Source of the DNA: Rhizorhabdus sp.
GTDB taxonomy: Bacteria > Pseudomonadota > Alphaproteobacteria > Sphingomonadales > Sphingomonadaceae
Reading direction: 5' to 3'
Assembly (NCBI RefSeq): GCF_018006725.1
Contig: NZ_JAGMXV010000001.1
Span: 6,831-70,830, forward strand
DNA length: 64,000 nt
Shown: piece by piece, positions 19,885 to 30,127 of the stretch
How positions within the stretch are numbered: position 1 is the first letter of the stretch
How the letters are laid out: each line of letters starts with the position of its first letter
Made by a program: the position numbers and the translations under genes
Notes under the pieces: model-generated
Database searches by the model: none
What the model was told of the DNA's origin: nothing
The model's input: the letters and a program-made list of their open reading frames with translations, nothing else

Positions 19885-20654
19885 CGCACCCTCTCCAGAT
19901 CGAGCGACAGGCCGGGGCCCGGCGCGGATGGAGGCGCATCGCAGGCCATACGCTCGGCATCGGCGCGGGCGCGGTGAAGGATGGCGGGGGCGATATCGGC
20001 GCGGTGGAAGATGCGATCGGCCTGGCCCAGCAGCCGGGCTTCGCGCAGCGTCAGATCGTCGGGATGATCCGAACGGAGCCGGATACGCACGAGCCGGTCA
20101 CCGACCTCGGCGGCCTCGGCCTTGAGCCAGTGCTCGACCGAGGCTGCGGCGCCGTCCCGAAAAGGATCGATCGGCCCGCCTTCCGCCAGCCCGGCGTCTA
20201 TGGCGCGTCGTCGGTCGTCGGGGGCCGGCCATCGGCGGCGGATCGCCTCGCGGCCTTCGTACAGCGCGTCGGCGAGCCGCCCCAGCCCGGCGGGCAACAG
20301 CGTCTCCAGCCGCTGGCGCAGCACCTTGCCCAGACCGGCGGAGCGGCCACCGGTGCCGATCGCGACGATGACCGGATCCCGGTCGACGATGGCGGGCGTG
20401 GTGAAGTCGCACAGAGCGGGCCGGTCGACGACGTTGACGAGCAGGCCGCGCGCCTTGAGCCGGGCCGCGACGGCGTCTCCCTCCTCCGCATCCTCACAGG
20501 CGACGAAGGCGATCCGGGCGGCACTGTCATCTTCGCCGACCGGGATCGCTCCGGCGCGCTCGATCAGCCTTCGCTTGGCGTCGGCGGCCGGCCCTTCGCC
20601 GATCAGGATCACGGGACGTCCTTGCAACGACAGGAAAAGCGGCAGGCTGTGCAT
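19881..20654 (-). CDS. Short siroheme synthase-like protein (precorrin-2 dehydrogenase/ferrochelatase domain)
   Basis: 'LPLFL', 'VNVVDRP.LCDF..PAIVDR', 'AIGTGG'; start re-called at 20654. Confidence 0.8.
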   Translation of the reverse strand: MHSLPLFLSLQGRPVILIGEGPAADAKRRLIERAGAIPVGEDDSAARIAFVACEDAEEGDAVAARLKARGLLVNVVDRPALCDFTTPAIVDRDPVIVAIGTGGRSAGLGKVLRQRLETLLPAGLGRLADALYEGREAIRRRWPAPDDRRRAIDAGLAEGGPIDPFRDGAAASVEHWLKAEAAEVGDRLVRIRLRSDHPDDLTLREARLLGQADRIFHRADIAPAILHRARADAERMACDAPPSAPGPGLSLDLERVR

Positions 20655-20733
20655 GATCCGCTTGTCGCCCGCACCGCCCATTTTGCCAAGCCGCTTCCGC
20701 CGTGGCAGACCCGCTTCAGGACAAGAGGAGATA

Positions 20734-21732
20734 ATGATGCAGGCGAAGCGCGCAGTCGGCCCCTTTTCGGTCAATCCCATGGGCCTGGGCTGCATGAGCC
20801 TGAGTGCTGCCTATGGACCCCAGCCCGACGAAGCCGAATCGGAGCGCCTGCTGCATCGTGCGCTCGATCTGGGCGTCGACTTCCTCGATACGGCGGCGAT
20901 CTACGGCAACGGGCATAACGAGACCCTGGTGGCCCGCACGCTGAAGGCGCGCCGCAGCGAGTTCGTCCTCGCCTCCAAGTGCGGGTTTCGCATCACGCCG
21001 GACAATCCGCGCGCCGTGGACGGATCGCCCGCCTCGATCGCGGAGACGCTCGACAAGAGCCTCCAGCGGCTCGGCCTCGACCATATCGACCTTTATTATC
21101 TTCACCGGCCCGACCCCAAGACCCCGATCGAGGAGTCGGTGGGGGCGCTGGCGAAGGCGGTCGCGGCGGGCAAGATCGGTTCGATCGGCCTGTCGGAATG
21201 CTCGGCCGATCAGCTGCGCCGCGCGCATGGCGTTCATCCGATCGCCGCGCTCCAGACCGAATATTCGCTGTGGACGCGCAACCCCGAGATCGCGGTGCTC
21301 GATGCCTGTCATCAGCTCGGCACGACCTTCGTTGCCTTCTCGCCGGTCGGGCGTGGTTTTCTGGCGGGGGCGATGGCGCCGGGCTGGCAGCCGGCCGAAG
21401 GCGATCTGCGCGGGACGATGCCGCGCTTCCAGGAGCCCAATCTCAGCCATAATCTGGAGCTTCTGCGCCAATTCGCGGATATCGCGGCCGAGCTGGGCTG
21501 CACCCCGGCGCAGCTGTCGATGGCGTGGCTGCTGCACCGCGATCCGACGCTTGTCCTGATCCCCGGCACGAGCAGCATCGCCCATCTGGAAGAGAATATG
21601 GGCACCGTGGACGTGCGGCTCGACGCCGGGCGGATGGCCGAGCTCGACGCGCTGATCAACGAGCGGACGGTGGCAGGCAGCCGTTATGGCCCCGCCATGC
21701 AGGCGACGGTGACCACCGAGGAGTTTGCCTGA
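20734..21732 (+). CDS. Aldo/keto reductase
   Basis: GAGGAG RBS; 'GLGCMS', 'DTA.IYG', 'DLYYLHR', 'IGLSE', 'EYSLW'. Confidence 0.93.
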   Translation: MMQAKRAVGPFSVNPMGLGCMSLSAAYGPQPDEAESERLLHRALDLGVDFLDTAAIYGNGHNETLVARTLKARRSEFVLASKCGFRITPDNPRAVDGSPASIAETLDKSLQRLGLDHIDLYYLHRPDPKTPIEESVGALAKAVAAGKIGSIGLSECSADQLRRAHGVHPIAALQTEYSLWTRNPEIAVLDACHQLGTTFVAFSPVGRGFLAGAMAPGWQPAEGDLRGTMPRFQEPNLSHNLELLRQFADIAAELGCTPAQLSMAWLLHRDPTLVLIPGTSSIAHLEENMGTVDVRLDAGRMAELDALINERTVAGSRYGPAMQATVTTEEFA

Positions 21733-21755
21733 GGCCGCGGCGAGCGGCCGCCGCG

Positions 21756-22625
21756 TCAGGCCAGCGTCTTGAGGAAGGCCCGGATCGACTCGCGCAGTTC
21801 GGGCCGTTCGAGGGCCAGCGCGATATTGGCCTGGATGAAGCCGGCATTGTCGCCGCAATCATGCCGCTCGCCGTCGAAGGTCAGCGCGTGGAAGGGCTGG
21901 GTACCGATCAGCTTGGCCATGGCGTCGGTCAGCTGGATCTCCCCGCCCGCGCCACGCTCGCCCTTGTCGAGCAGCGCGAAGATTTCGGGCTGGAGGATGT
22001 AGCGGCCGACGATTGCGAGGCGCGACGGTGCGGTCCCCGCCGCAGGCTTCTCGACCATGCGGAGAACCTCGGTCACGGCGCCTTCGCAGGCCCCCGGATC
22101 GACGATGCCATAACGATGGGTGTGTTCGTCGGGCACTTCGAGCACCGCGACGACATTGCCGCCCTTGGCGTCATAGGTTTCGACCATCTGCTGCAGGCAG
22201 GGGGCCGCCGGGTTCCAAAGAAGCTCGTCGGGCAGCAGCACGGCGAAGGGCTCGTCGCCGACCAGGTCGCGTGCGCAGGCGACGGCGTGGCCGAGGCCCA
22301 GCATCTGCTGCTGGCGGATGAAGGCTGCATGGCCGGGCGTCAGCCGGGTGGCTTCGAGCCGGTCGAGGAATTCGGTCTTGTTCTTGGCCGCCAGATCGCT
22401 TTCGATCTCATAGGCGGAGTCGAAATAGTCCTCGATCGCATATTTGTTGCGACCGGTGACGAAGATCATCTGCTCGATGCCGGCAGCACGGGCCTCGTCG
22501 ACCGCATATTGGATCAGCGGGCGGTCGACTACCGGCAGCATCTCCTTGGGCACGGCCTTGGTGGCCGGCAGGAAGCGGGTTCCGAAGCCCGCGACCGGGA
22601 AGATCGCCTTGCGAACGGGTTTCAT
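21756..22625 (-). CDS. galU: UTP--glucose-1-phosphate uridylyltransferase
   Basis: 'PVAGFGTRFLPATKAVPKEMLP', 'GLGHAV', 'VEKP', 'GEIQLTDA'. Confidence 0.96.
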   Translation of the reverse strand: MKPVRKAIFPVAGFGTRFLPATKAVPKEMLPVVDRPLIQYAVDEARAAGIEQMIFVTGRNKYAIEDYFDSAYEIESDLAAKNKTEFLDRLEATRLTPGHAAFIRQQQMLGLGHAVACARDLVGDEPFAVLLPDELLWNPAAPCLQQMVETYDAKGGNVVAVLEVPDEHTHRYGIVDPGACEGAVTEVLRMVEKPAAGTAPSRLAIVGRYILQPEIFALLDKGERGAGGEIQLTDAMAKLIGTQPFHALTFDGERHDCGDNAGFIQANIALALERPELRESIRAFLKTLA

Positions 22626-22635
22626 CTTCTCTCCC

Positions 22636-23907
22636 TCAGATCCACGGCGGAAGCTGGTCGGCGGCGATCAGGGCCTCGATCGGCTGGCGCTCGCGCACCA
22701 CCGCCCAGTCGTCGCCTCGAACCAGCACCTCGGGGGTCAACGCGCGGCTGTTATAGGTGTTGCCCATGGTCGCGCCATAGGCGCCCGCCGTCATGAAGCT
22801 CACCAGATCGCCCGGCTCGACTGCATCCATGACGCGCTTCTTGGCGAAAGTGTCGCCGCTTTCACAGATAGGGCCGACGATGTTCGCCGTCATGTCGGCA
22901 CCGTTCGGCGTAACGCTGCGGATATCGTGCCAGGCGTCGTAGAGGCTCGGCCGCATCAGATCGTTCATCGCGGCGTCGACGATCACGAAAGGATCGGTCA
23001 CGCCCTGTTTCACCCGGATGACTCGGGTAAGCAGCACGCCGGCATTGCCGACGATCACGCGGCCCGGCTCGAACAGCAGGCGCACGTCCCAGCCCGCCGT
23101 CACCTCGCGCACCATCGCGCCATAAGCGGCGGGCAGCGGCGGGACGGGCTTGGCGGGATCATAAGGCACCCCGAGCCCACCGCCGAGGTCGGCCGTGACG
23201 ATCGCATGGCCGGCGGCGCGAAGATCGGCGATCAGCGCGCCGATCTTCTCGAAGGCAGCACGCGACGGGGCGAGATCGGTCAGCTGGCTGCCGATATGGA
23301 CCGCCACGCCCCGCACCGTCAGGCCGGGCAGTTCGGCTGCGCGGGCATAAGCGGCAAGCGCGCGGTCATAGGCGACGCCGAACTTGTCCTCCGACCCGCC
23401 GGTCGAGATCTTGGCATGGGTGCCGGCGACGACATTAGGGTTGATCCGGAAGGCGATCGGCGCCTCGACGCCCAGGGCGGAGGCGACCTCCGACAGCATT
23501 TCGGCTTCGGGCTCGGACTCGATGTTGAACTGGAAGATGCCCTCGGACAGGGCAAGCCGCATCTCGTCGGCAGTCTTGCCGACGCCGGAGAAGACGATCT
23601 TTTCGGCAGGAATGCCGGCCGCTCGGGCGCGCAGCAACTCGCCGCCCGACACCACGTCGGCGCCGAGGCCGAGGCCGGCGAGCGTCGCCAGCACCGCCTT
23701 GTTGGGGTTGGCCTTCACCGCAAAGGCGATCAGCGGTCCTTGCGGTCCCGATTCGACCTGCGCCAGCGCCTCGCGGAACACCGCGACATGGCGGGCGATC
23801 GTCGCCGAGGAATAGACATAGACCGGAGTGCCGACCGCCTCCGCGATCGCCGGCAGCGGCACGCCCTCGGCATGCATCACGCCGTCCTTCAGCTCGAAAT
23901 GGTCCAT
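22636..23907 (-). CDS. lysA: Diaminopimelate decarboxylase
   Basis: 'FAVKAN', 'HIGSQ', 'GGGLG', 'EPGR', 'GPICESGD', 'GAYG'. Confidence 0.96.
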   Translation of the reverse strand: MDHFELKDGVMHAEGVPLPAIAEAVGTPVYVYSSATIARHVAVFREALAQVESGPQGPLIAFAVKANPNKAVLATLAGLGLGADVVSGGELLRARAAGIPAEKIVFSGVGKTADEMRLALSEGIFQFNIESEPEAEMLSEVASALGVEAPIAFRINPNVVAGTHAKISTGGSEDKFGVAYDRALAAYARAAELPGLTVRGVAVHIGSQLTDLAPSRAAFEKIGALIADLRAAGHAIVTADLGGGLGVPYDPAKPVPPLPAAYGAMVREVTAGWDVRLLFEPGRVIVGNAGVLLTRVIRVKQGVTDPFVIVDAAMNDLMRPSLYDAWHDIRSVTPNGADMTANIVGPICESGDTFAKKRVMDAVEPGDLVSFMTAGAYGATMGNTYNSRALTPEVLVRGDDWAVVRERQPIEALIAADQLPPWI

Positions 23908-24006
23908 CTCGTCCCCGTTGTCGCGCGAGCGGGCCATGCCCGCAAAAGGCCGCAGGCCGGGTTCGGCCGGCAGCGGCTATGTGGTTGTCCTCTGCCGGAG
24001 CGGCGA

Positions 24007-24261
24007 TCAGCCCGGCGGCGGCAGATTGAAGCGGTCGTCCGGCCGCTCTTCGGAACGGCGCAGCACGTCGTCGCTGCGCACCGGCCGCGATTCGACCGGC
24101 GGGGTCAGCAAGTCCTGCACCGTCGGCTGGGTCGCCGCCGTCGCCGGCTTGGGCGGCAGGGCCTGACCCTCCGGCGGCCGCAGCGCGTCTCGCTTGCCGC
24201 ATCCGGCGAGCAGCAGCAGCGCGATGGCAGCGGCGCCGGCGGCGTAGCGGCGCGCGCTCAT
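24007..24261 (-). CDS. Small lipoprotein (YifL/LptM-like)
   Basis: Lipobox LAGC followed by 'GKRDALRPP'; conserved position between argH and lysA. Confidence 0.75.
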   Translation of the reverse strand: MSARRYAAGAAAIALLLLAGCGKRDALRPPEGQALPPKPATAATQPTVQDLLTPPVESRPVRSDDVLRRSEERPDDRFNLPPPG

Positions 24262-25634
24262 GCCGCCAGTCCCAGGCGTGCCTTGGCCTCTGCGATGCGC
24301 AGGCGCACCTGTGACGGCGCGGTGCCGCCATGGCTCGACCGGCTCTCGACCGAGGCATCGACCGACAGCGCCTGATAGACGCGCTCGTCGATCCGCTCGT
24401 CGATCGATTTCAGCGCCTCGATCGGCAGCTTGTCGAGCGCCAGCCCCTCGCGTTCGGCCAGCTTCACGGCGGTACCGGTGATGTGGTGCGCCTCGCGGAA
24501 GGGGATGTCGGCGACGCGGACCAGCCAGTCGGCGAGGTCGGTCGCGGTCGAGAAGCCTTGCTCGGCCGCCTGGCGCAGGCGTGGGGCGACGAAGGTGGCG
24601 GTTTCGATCATCCCGGTCATCGCCGCGATCGACAGGGCAAGCAGGTCGTGCGCCTCGAAAACGGGCGGCTTATCGTCCTGCATGTCCTTCGAATAAGCGA
24701 GCGGCAGGCCCTTCATCGTCATCACCAGCGCGGTCATGCAGCCGGCGATGCGCCCCGAATGGCCGCGCACCAGTTCCGCCGCGTCGGGGTTGCGCTTCTG
24801 CGGCATGATCGAGGAGCCGGTCGAATAGCTGTCGGGCAGCTTGACGAAGCCATAGGGCTGGCTCGCCCAGATGATGAACTCCTCCGCCAGCCGCGACAGA
24901 TGCAGGCTGAGCTGGGTCGCCGCCATCAGATAGTCGAGTGCGAAATCCCGGTCGCTGACCGAATCGAGGCTGTTGTCTGTCGGGCCTTCGAAGCCCAGCG
25001 CTTCTGCGGTCCTGTGCCGGTCGATCGGAAAGCCGGTGCCCGCGAGTGCTGCCGCGCCGAGCGGGCAGCGGTTGAGCCGCTTGCGCGCGTCGGCGAAGCG
25101 GCTGCGGTCGCGGCCGATCATCTCATAATAGGCCATCAGATGGTGGCCGAGCGTTACCGGCTGGGCGACCTGGAGATGGGTGAAGCCTGGCATCACGCTG
25201 GCGGCATGCTCGTCGGCGCGTGTCACCAGCGCGACCTGCAGCGCCTGAAGCCCGGCATCGACCGCGTCGATCGCGTCACGGACCCACAGCTTGAAATCGG
25301 TCGCGACCTGGTCGTTGCGCGACCGTGCGGTGTGAAGGCGTCCTGCGGGCGCGCCGATCAGCTCCGCCAGCCGGCCCTCGGTCGCCATGTGGATGTCCTC
25401 CAGCGCGAGGTCCACTGGTACGCCCTTCTCGGCATATTCGGCGGCGACCGCGTCCAGGCCGCGGGTGATCTCGGCGGCGTCGGCGTCGGTCACGATCTTC
25501 TGCGCGGCCAGCATGGCGACATGCGCCTTCGACCCGGCGATGTCCTGTTGCCAAAGCCGCTTGTCGAACGGGATCGAGGCGTTAATCTCGCGCATGACTG
25601 CAGCGGGGCCTTCGGCGAAGCGCCCTCCCCACAT
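24258..25634 (-). CDS. argH: Argininosuccinate lyase
   Basis: 'MWGGRF', 'RSRNDQ', '[12 protein letters not shown]'; start re-called at 25634. Confidence 0.97.
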   Translation of the reverse strand: MWGGRFAEGPAAVMREINASIPFDKRLWQQDIAGSKAHVAMLAAQKIVTDADAAEITRGLDAVAAEYAEKGVPVDLALEDIHMATEGRLAELIGAPAGRLHTARSRNDQVATDFKLWVRDAIDAVDAGLQALQVALVTRADEHAASVMPGFTHLQVAQPVTLGHHLMAYYEMIGRDRSRFADARKRLNRCPLGAAALAGTGFPIDRHRTAEALGFEGPTDNSLDSVSDRDFALDYLMAATQLSLHLSRLAEEFIIWASQPYGFVKLPDSYSTGSSIMPQKRNPDAAELVRGHSGRIAGCMTALVMTMKGLPLAYSKDMQDDKPPVFEAHDLLALSIAAMTGMIETATFVAPRLRQAAEQGFSTATDLADWLVRVADIPFREAHHITGTAVKLAEREGLALDKLPIEALKSIDERIDERVYQALSVDASVESRSSHGGTAPSQVRLRIAEAKARLGLAA

Positions 25635-25650
25635 CTTGTTGGAGTTGTTC

Positions 25651-26199
25651 GTGCGGCCGTTGATTGCCTGTCTCCTCGCTCTGGCGCTGGCCGCCTGCGA
25701 TAGTAAACCCAAGGACGCCCCGCAAGGCGGCGTTCCCGCCGAATCCGTGGGCCGCGTCGATATTTCGCAGCGCGGCAAGGAAATGCCGGCCATTCCCTTC
25801 GCCGATGAGAAGGGCGGGCCTGCGACGCTCACCCAGTTTCGCGGCAAGCCGCTGATGGTGAACCTCTGGGCGACCTGGTGTGCGCCTTGCGTCGCCGAAA
25901 TGCCCGCGCTCGACCGCATGGCGCAGGAGGAAGACCGCTTCCGCCTGATCACGGTCAGCCAGGATCTTGAAGGCGCCAAGGTGATCGGTCCCTTCTTCGA
26001 TCAGAAGGGGTTCAAGGCGCTGACGCGGCATTCGGACCAGCAGAATGTCCTGATGCAGGCGCTCGGCACCGAGACGCTGCCGACCACCGTCTTCTACGAC
26101 GCGCAGGGCAAGGAGCTGTGGCGCGTCTATGGCGCGATGGACTGGAATGGCGCGCCGGCGAAGAAGCTGATCGCAGACGCCGTCGCGCCGGCCAGCTGA
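25651..26199 (+). CDS. TlpA family thiol:disulfide reductase lipoprotein
   Basis: Lipobox LAAC; '[13 protein letters not shown]'; GTG start at 25651. Confidence 0.88.
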   Translation: MRPLIACLLALALAACDSKPKDAPQGGVPAESVGRVDISQRGKEMPAIPFADEKGGPATLTQFRGKPLMVNLWATWCAPCVAEMPALDRMAQEEDRFRLITVSQDLEGAKVIGPFFDQKGFKALTRHSDQQNVLMQALGTETLPTTVFYDAQGKELWRVYGAMDWNGAPAKKLIADAVAPAS

Positions 26200-26249
26200 T
26201 CCGCATCCGCACGTAATCCCCCTTGGCGGCGGGAAAAGATGCGCCCGAT

Positions 26250-26275
26250 GGAACCGTCACGAAAGCCGTGGCATT
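26250..26275 (+). promoter_or_regulatory. sigma-EcfG-like promoter GGAAC-N17-CATT
   Basis: Resembles the alphaproteobacterial general-stress promoter; about 50 bp upstream of the AI-2E gene. Confidence 0.55.
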
Positions 26276-26326
26276 TTGCCTGACAGGAGCGATCCCCGAA
26301 ATCGGGGGTCCGGGCGGGAGTGACGA

Positions 26327-27397
26327 ATGGACGCGGGGGAACAGAAGCCGATTCGCTATGAGCAGGGGACGTTTCTGCTGATCGTCCTGCTCGTCAGCCT
26401 GGGCTTCGCGGTGGTGATCGCGCCGCTGTTCGGGTCGATCCTGTGGGCGCTGGTGCTCACCATCCTCTTCTATCCGGTCAACAAGGCCTTGCAGCGGCGT
26501 ATGCCGGGCAAGGAAGGGTGGGCAGCGTTTCTTACCCTCTTGCTGATCACGGTGATCGTCGTGCTGCCGGCGCTGTTCCTTGCCTCGGCGCTGATCGATG
26601 AGTTGCTGAGCTTCTATGCGAAGATGCAGTCGGGGCAGATCGATCTGGCCCAGCTGTTCGGCCAGATGACGGCGGCGCTGCCCGATTGGGCCGAGAATCT
26701 GCTGCGACGTTCGGGCTGGACCGACTTCGATCAGGCGCGGCGCCAGCTGACCGAAGCGCTCAGCGGCAGTTTCGGCGCGCTGGCGGGACGGGCGCTTCTG
26801 GTCGGGCAGCAGGCACTGCATTTCACGCTGATCATCGGCGTGATGCTTTACCTAGCCTTCTTCCTGCTGCGCGATGGCGAGCAACTCGGCAAGTCGGTGG
26901 TCGAGGCCGTGCCGCTCGAACCGCATCAGCGCAATGCGCTGGTCCGGAACTTCATCGTGGTGACCCGCGCGACGATCAAGGGCAGCATGGTCGTCGCCAT
27001 CGTCCAGGGCGCGCTGGGCGGCGTGGCGATCTGGGCGCTGGGGCTTGAGGGCGCGCTGTTGCTCGGCACGATGATGGGTATCGCCTCTTTGATTCCTGCC
27101 GTGGGCGCCGGTCTCGTCTGGGTGCCGGTTGCGCTTTACCTGCTTGCGACGGGCGCGGTGGTGAAGGCGATCATCCTGGTCGGTGTCGGGGTGCTCGTCA
27201 TCGGCATGGTCGATAATATCCTGCGCCCGATACTCGTCGGCCGCGACACGCGCCTGCCCGACTATGTCGTGCTGATCACGACGCTGGGCGGACTGGAGGT
27301 GTTCGGGATCCACGGCCTGGTCGTGGGGCCGGTGATCGCGGCGATGTTCATCAGCGTCTGGACCATCTTCGCCGACGCCCGCTCCCGCGAAGCCTGA
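26327..27397 (+). CDS. AI-2E family transporter
   Basis: 'FFLLRDG', 'DNILRPILVG', 'GLVVGP'; multiple TM helices. Confidence 0.92.
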   Translation: MDAGEQKPIRYEQGTFLLIVLLVSLGFAVVIAPLFGSILWALVLTILFYPVNKALQRRMPGKEGWAAFLTLLLITVIVVLPALFLASALIDELLSFYAKMQSGQIDLAQLFGQMTAALPDWAENLLRRSGWTDFDQARRQLTEALSGSFGALAGRALLVGQQALHFTLIIGVMLYLAFFLLRDGEQLGKSVVEAVPLEPHQRNALVRNFIVVTRATIKGSMVVAIVQGALGGVAIWALGLEGALLLGTMMGIASLIPAVGAGLVWVPVALYLLATGAVVKAIILVGVGVLVIGMVDNILRPILVGRDTRLPDYVVLITTLGGLEVFGIHGLVVGPVIAAMFISVWTIFADARSREA

Positions 27398-27403
27398 AGC
27401 AGG

Positions 27404-27427
27404 TCCCCGGCACCGAGGTGCCGGGGA
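27404..27427. terminator. Hairpin between convergent genes
   Basis: TCCCCGGCACC-GA-GGTGCCGGGGA, perfect 11-bp stem. Confidence 0.55.
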
Positions 27428-27434
27428 GCCCCCC

Positions 27435-27812
27435 TCAACCCATGCGGTGCAGAGCGCAGAGCTTGTTGCCGGCGGGGTCGCGCAGATAGGCGAGATAGAG
27501 GTCGCCCATGCTGCTGGGACGCACACCGGGCGGATCCTCGCAAGCGCTGCCGCCTGCGGCCAGACCGGCGGCATGCCAGGCATCGGCCTGTTCGGGACCG
27601 GAAACCGAAAAGCCGATCGTGCTGCCATTGCCGGGACCGGCGGGCTCGCCATTGATCGGCTTGGTGATCGCGAAGATGCCGGTGGGCGTCATCCAGAACA
27701 CGCGGTCGTCGCCGCCCGCGCCCGGGGCGACGCCCAGAACGCCGAGAATGGCGTCGTAGAATTTCTTGGATGCCGCGATGTCGTTCGCACCGAGCATGAT
27801 GTGGCTGAACAT
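27435..27812 (-). CDS. VOC/glyoxalase family protein
   Basis: 'FSHIMLG.ND....KKFYDA', 'YLRDPAGNKLCA'; start re-called at 27812. Confidence 0.9.
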   Translation of the reverse strand: MFSHIMLGANDIAASKKFYDAILGVLGVAPGAGGDDRVFWMTPTGIFAITKPINGEPAGPGNGSTIGFSVSGPEQADAWHAAGLAAGGSACEDPPGVRPSSMGDLYLAYLRDPAGNKLCALHRMG

Positions 27813-27955
27813 GAAATGTCTCTCCTTGTGCCGGCGACCCCCCGGCCGCCGCGCGGCAAGGATTGGCACGGACTTCGGGACCTGTCGATGACCCCTGCGG
27901 GGAAGATCGGGACAGCCGCCTTGCAATGCTCGGCGGGCCGACCGATCTTCTGCGC

Positions 27956-28741
27956 ATGACGATGCCCAGCCTTTACATCCCGCATGGCGGTGGCCCCTGT
28001 TTCTTCATGGACGATCCGCAGGGCATGTGGACGGGGATGGAGCGCTTCCTGCGCGATCTGCCGGGCCTGCTGCCCGAACGGCCGCGCGCGATCCTGATCG
28101 TCACCGGCCATTGGGAGACCGAGGGATTCAGGCTGACCGGTACCGTGCGGCCCGACCTCATCTTCGACTATCATGGCTTTCCGGAGCACACCTATCGCTT
28201 GCGCTATCCGGCGCCGGGCGATCCTGCGCTGGCCGAACGCGCGGCGGCACTGTTGCGCAACGCCGGGCTGGCCGCCGGCGTCGATCTCGATCGCGGCCTC
28301 GACCACGGCGCCTTCGTGCCATTGATGATCGCCTTTCCCGATGCCGACATACCGGTGGTCGAAATGTCGCTCGACCGGGGGCTCGATCCGCTGCTCGCGG
28401 CACAGGCCGGCGCGGCGCTGCAGCCGCTGCGCGACGAGGGCGTGCTGATCGTCGGGGCGGGCATGAGCTTCCACAATATGCAGGCCTATCGACAGGCCGG
28501 AGCGGCAGACCCTTCGCGCCTGTTCGACGACTGGCTCGGCGCGGCGGTCGAGGGGCCGGCCGAGGGGCGTGCAGAACGGCTGGCCGGCTGGGCAGAGGCC
28601 CCGGCCGGACGCTACGCCCATCCGCGCGAGGAGCATCTGCTGCCATTGATGGTGGTGGCGGGTGCTTCGCAGGGGCCGGGGAAGAAAATCTACGGCGAGC
28701 CCGTATTGGGCACGATGATATCCGGCTTCCGCTTCGACTGA
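27956..28741 (+). CDS. Class III extradiol ring-cleavage dioxygenase (DODA/YgiD-like)
   Basis: 'HGGGP', 'GHWE', 'GLDHG', 'FHN', 'AHPREEHLLPL'. Confidence 0.9.
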   Translation: MTMPSLYIPHGGGPCFFMDDPQGMWTGMERFLRDLPGLLPERPRAILIVTGHWETEGFRLTGTVRPDLIFDYHGFPEHTYRLRYPAPGDPALAERAAALLRNAGLAAGVDLDRGLDHGAFVPLMIAFPDADIPVVEMSLDRGLDPLLAAQAGAALQPLRDEGVLIVGAGMSFHNMQAYRQAGAADPSRLFDDWLGAAVEGPAEGRAERLAGWAEAPAGRYAHPREEHLLPLMVVAGASQGPGKKIYGEPVLGTMISGFRFD

Positions 28742-28896
28742 TGTGCCGGCGCGCGGCGAAGTCGAAGTTTCTCTTGCGTCCGGCGAAGAAGAACTGGCCC
28801 GCTCGCGCCTTGTCGATTAATTTGATTGAGATAAGGACGGAGGCATAGCGGGGACGGCATCCGGCCTATCGTCCGATGCAGGGGAGAAAAGCTGCC

Positions 28897-29679
28897 ATGT
28901 TCGTGTTGCCCGAACTCACGATGGAGCAAGTCCACTCGATCCTGCCCTTCATCGGGGTCGGCTTCGTCGCCCAGCTGGTCGATGGCGCACTGGGCATGGC
29001 GTTCGGCGTCATCACCAACACCCTGTTGGTCAGCGTGATGGGCGTGGCTCCTGCGCGCGCCTCGGCCAGCGTCCATCTGGTCGAAAGCTTCACCACCGCC
29101 GCCTCGGCGGTCAGCCATGTCTATCATCGCAATATCGACTGGAAGCTGTTCAGCCGGCTGGTCGTGCCAGGCATGCTCGGCGGCATCACCGGAGCCTATA
29201 TATTGTCCAACATCGACGGCTCGGTCGCCCGCCCCTTCGTCATGGCTTATCTCACGGGCATCGGCTTCTATCTGCTATGGCGGGCATGGCGGATGAACCA
29301 TGGTGGCGTCTACAAGGCGGCAAAGGTGGTCGAGCCGCTGGGACTTGCCGGCGGCTTTCTCGACGCGGCCGGCGGTGGCGGCTGGGGCCCGGTGGTCACG
29401 TCCAACCTGCTCGTTCAGGGGACCGAGCCCCGTTACACGATCGGTACGGTCAACACCGTCGAGTTCTTCCTGACGACGACCATCTCGCTGACCTTCATCC
29501 TGACGCTCGGCCTCGAGGCCTTCTCGATCGCGGCAGTCGGTCTCATCATCGGTGGTCTGCTGGCGGCACCCCTCGGAGCGATTCTCGCGAAGAGGATCGA
29601 GGCCAGGCGTCTCATGCTGCTGGTCGGCATCGTCCTGAGCGCGACCAGCCTCTACAGCCTCTGGCGTGCGCTGCACTAA
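28897..29679 (+). CDS. Sulfite exporter TauE/SafE family protein
   Basis: 'AQLVDGALGMAFG', 'DAAGGGGWGPVV'; multiple TM helices. Confidence 0.9.
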   Translation: MFVLPELTMEQVHSILPFIGVGFVAQLVDGALGMAFGVITNTLLVSVMGVAPARASASVHLVESFTTAASAVSHVYHRNIDWKLFSRLVVPGMLGGITGAYILSNIDGSVARPFVMAYLTGIGFYLLWRAWRMNHGGVYKAAKVVEPLGLAGGFLDAAGGGGWGPVVTSNLLVQGTEPRYTIGTVNTVEFFLTTTISLTFILTLGLEAFSIAAVGLIIGGLLAAPLGAILAKRIEARRLMLLVGIVLSATSLYSLWRALH

Positions 29680-29781
29680 GGCAGCGGCGCGTTACGCAAT
29701 GCTACACATACTGGATCCCCGGCGGCATCCTGTCCGCTGCAGCGCGCTGGCCTGAGCACCGCCGGCGGAAGGATCTGGGAC

Positions 29782-30127
29782 TTACGCCGCCAGGATCGAT
29801 TGCAATTCCTGTGGGCCGAGCGGCTGGGCAAACTTGACGCCGATCGACCGGCCCTCCGCCCACATCACCCGGCCGAGCCGTTCCAGGCGCGGCCAGTGCA
29901 GCCAGACCAGATCGCGGATAGCCTGCGCCTCGGGCAGTTCGATGCGCGCGCCGCCGGACGAAAGATCGAGCACGCGCACCGGCACCATCTCGCCGCCCGA
30001 CATGACCGTTCCGAAGATCAGCGTCTCGACACGCTCGCTGCGGCGCCGGTCATCGTCGTTCGCTTCCGACTGGCCGGTGATCCGGGCCAGAGCGTGGCGG
30101 GAAATATCCTTCAACCGTTCGAGCATC
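29782..30127 (-). CDS. PilZ domain protein
   Basis: RxxxR ('RRRSER') and 'DLSSGG' c-di-GMP motifs; start uncertain. Confidence 0.75.
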
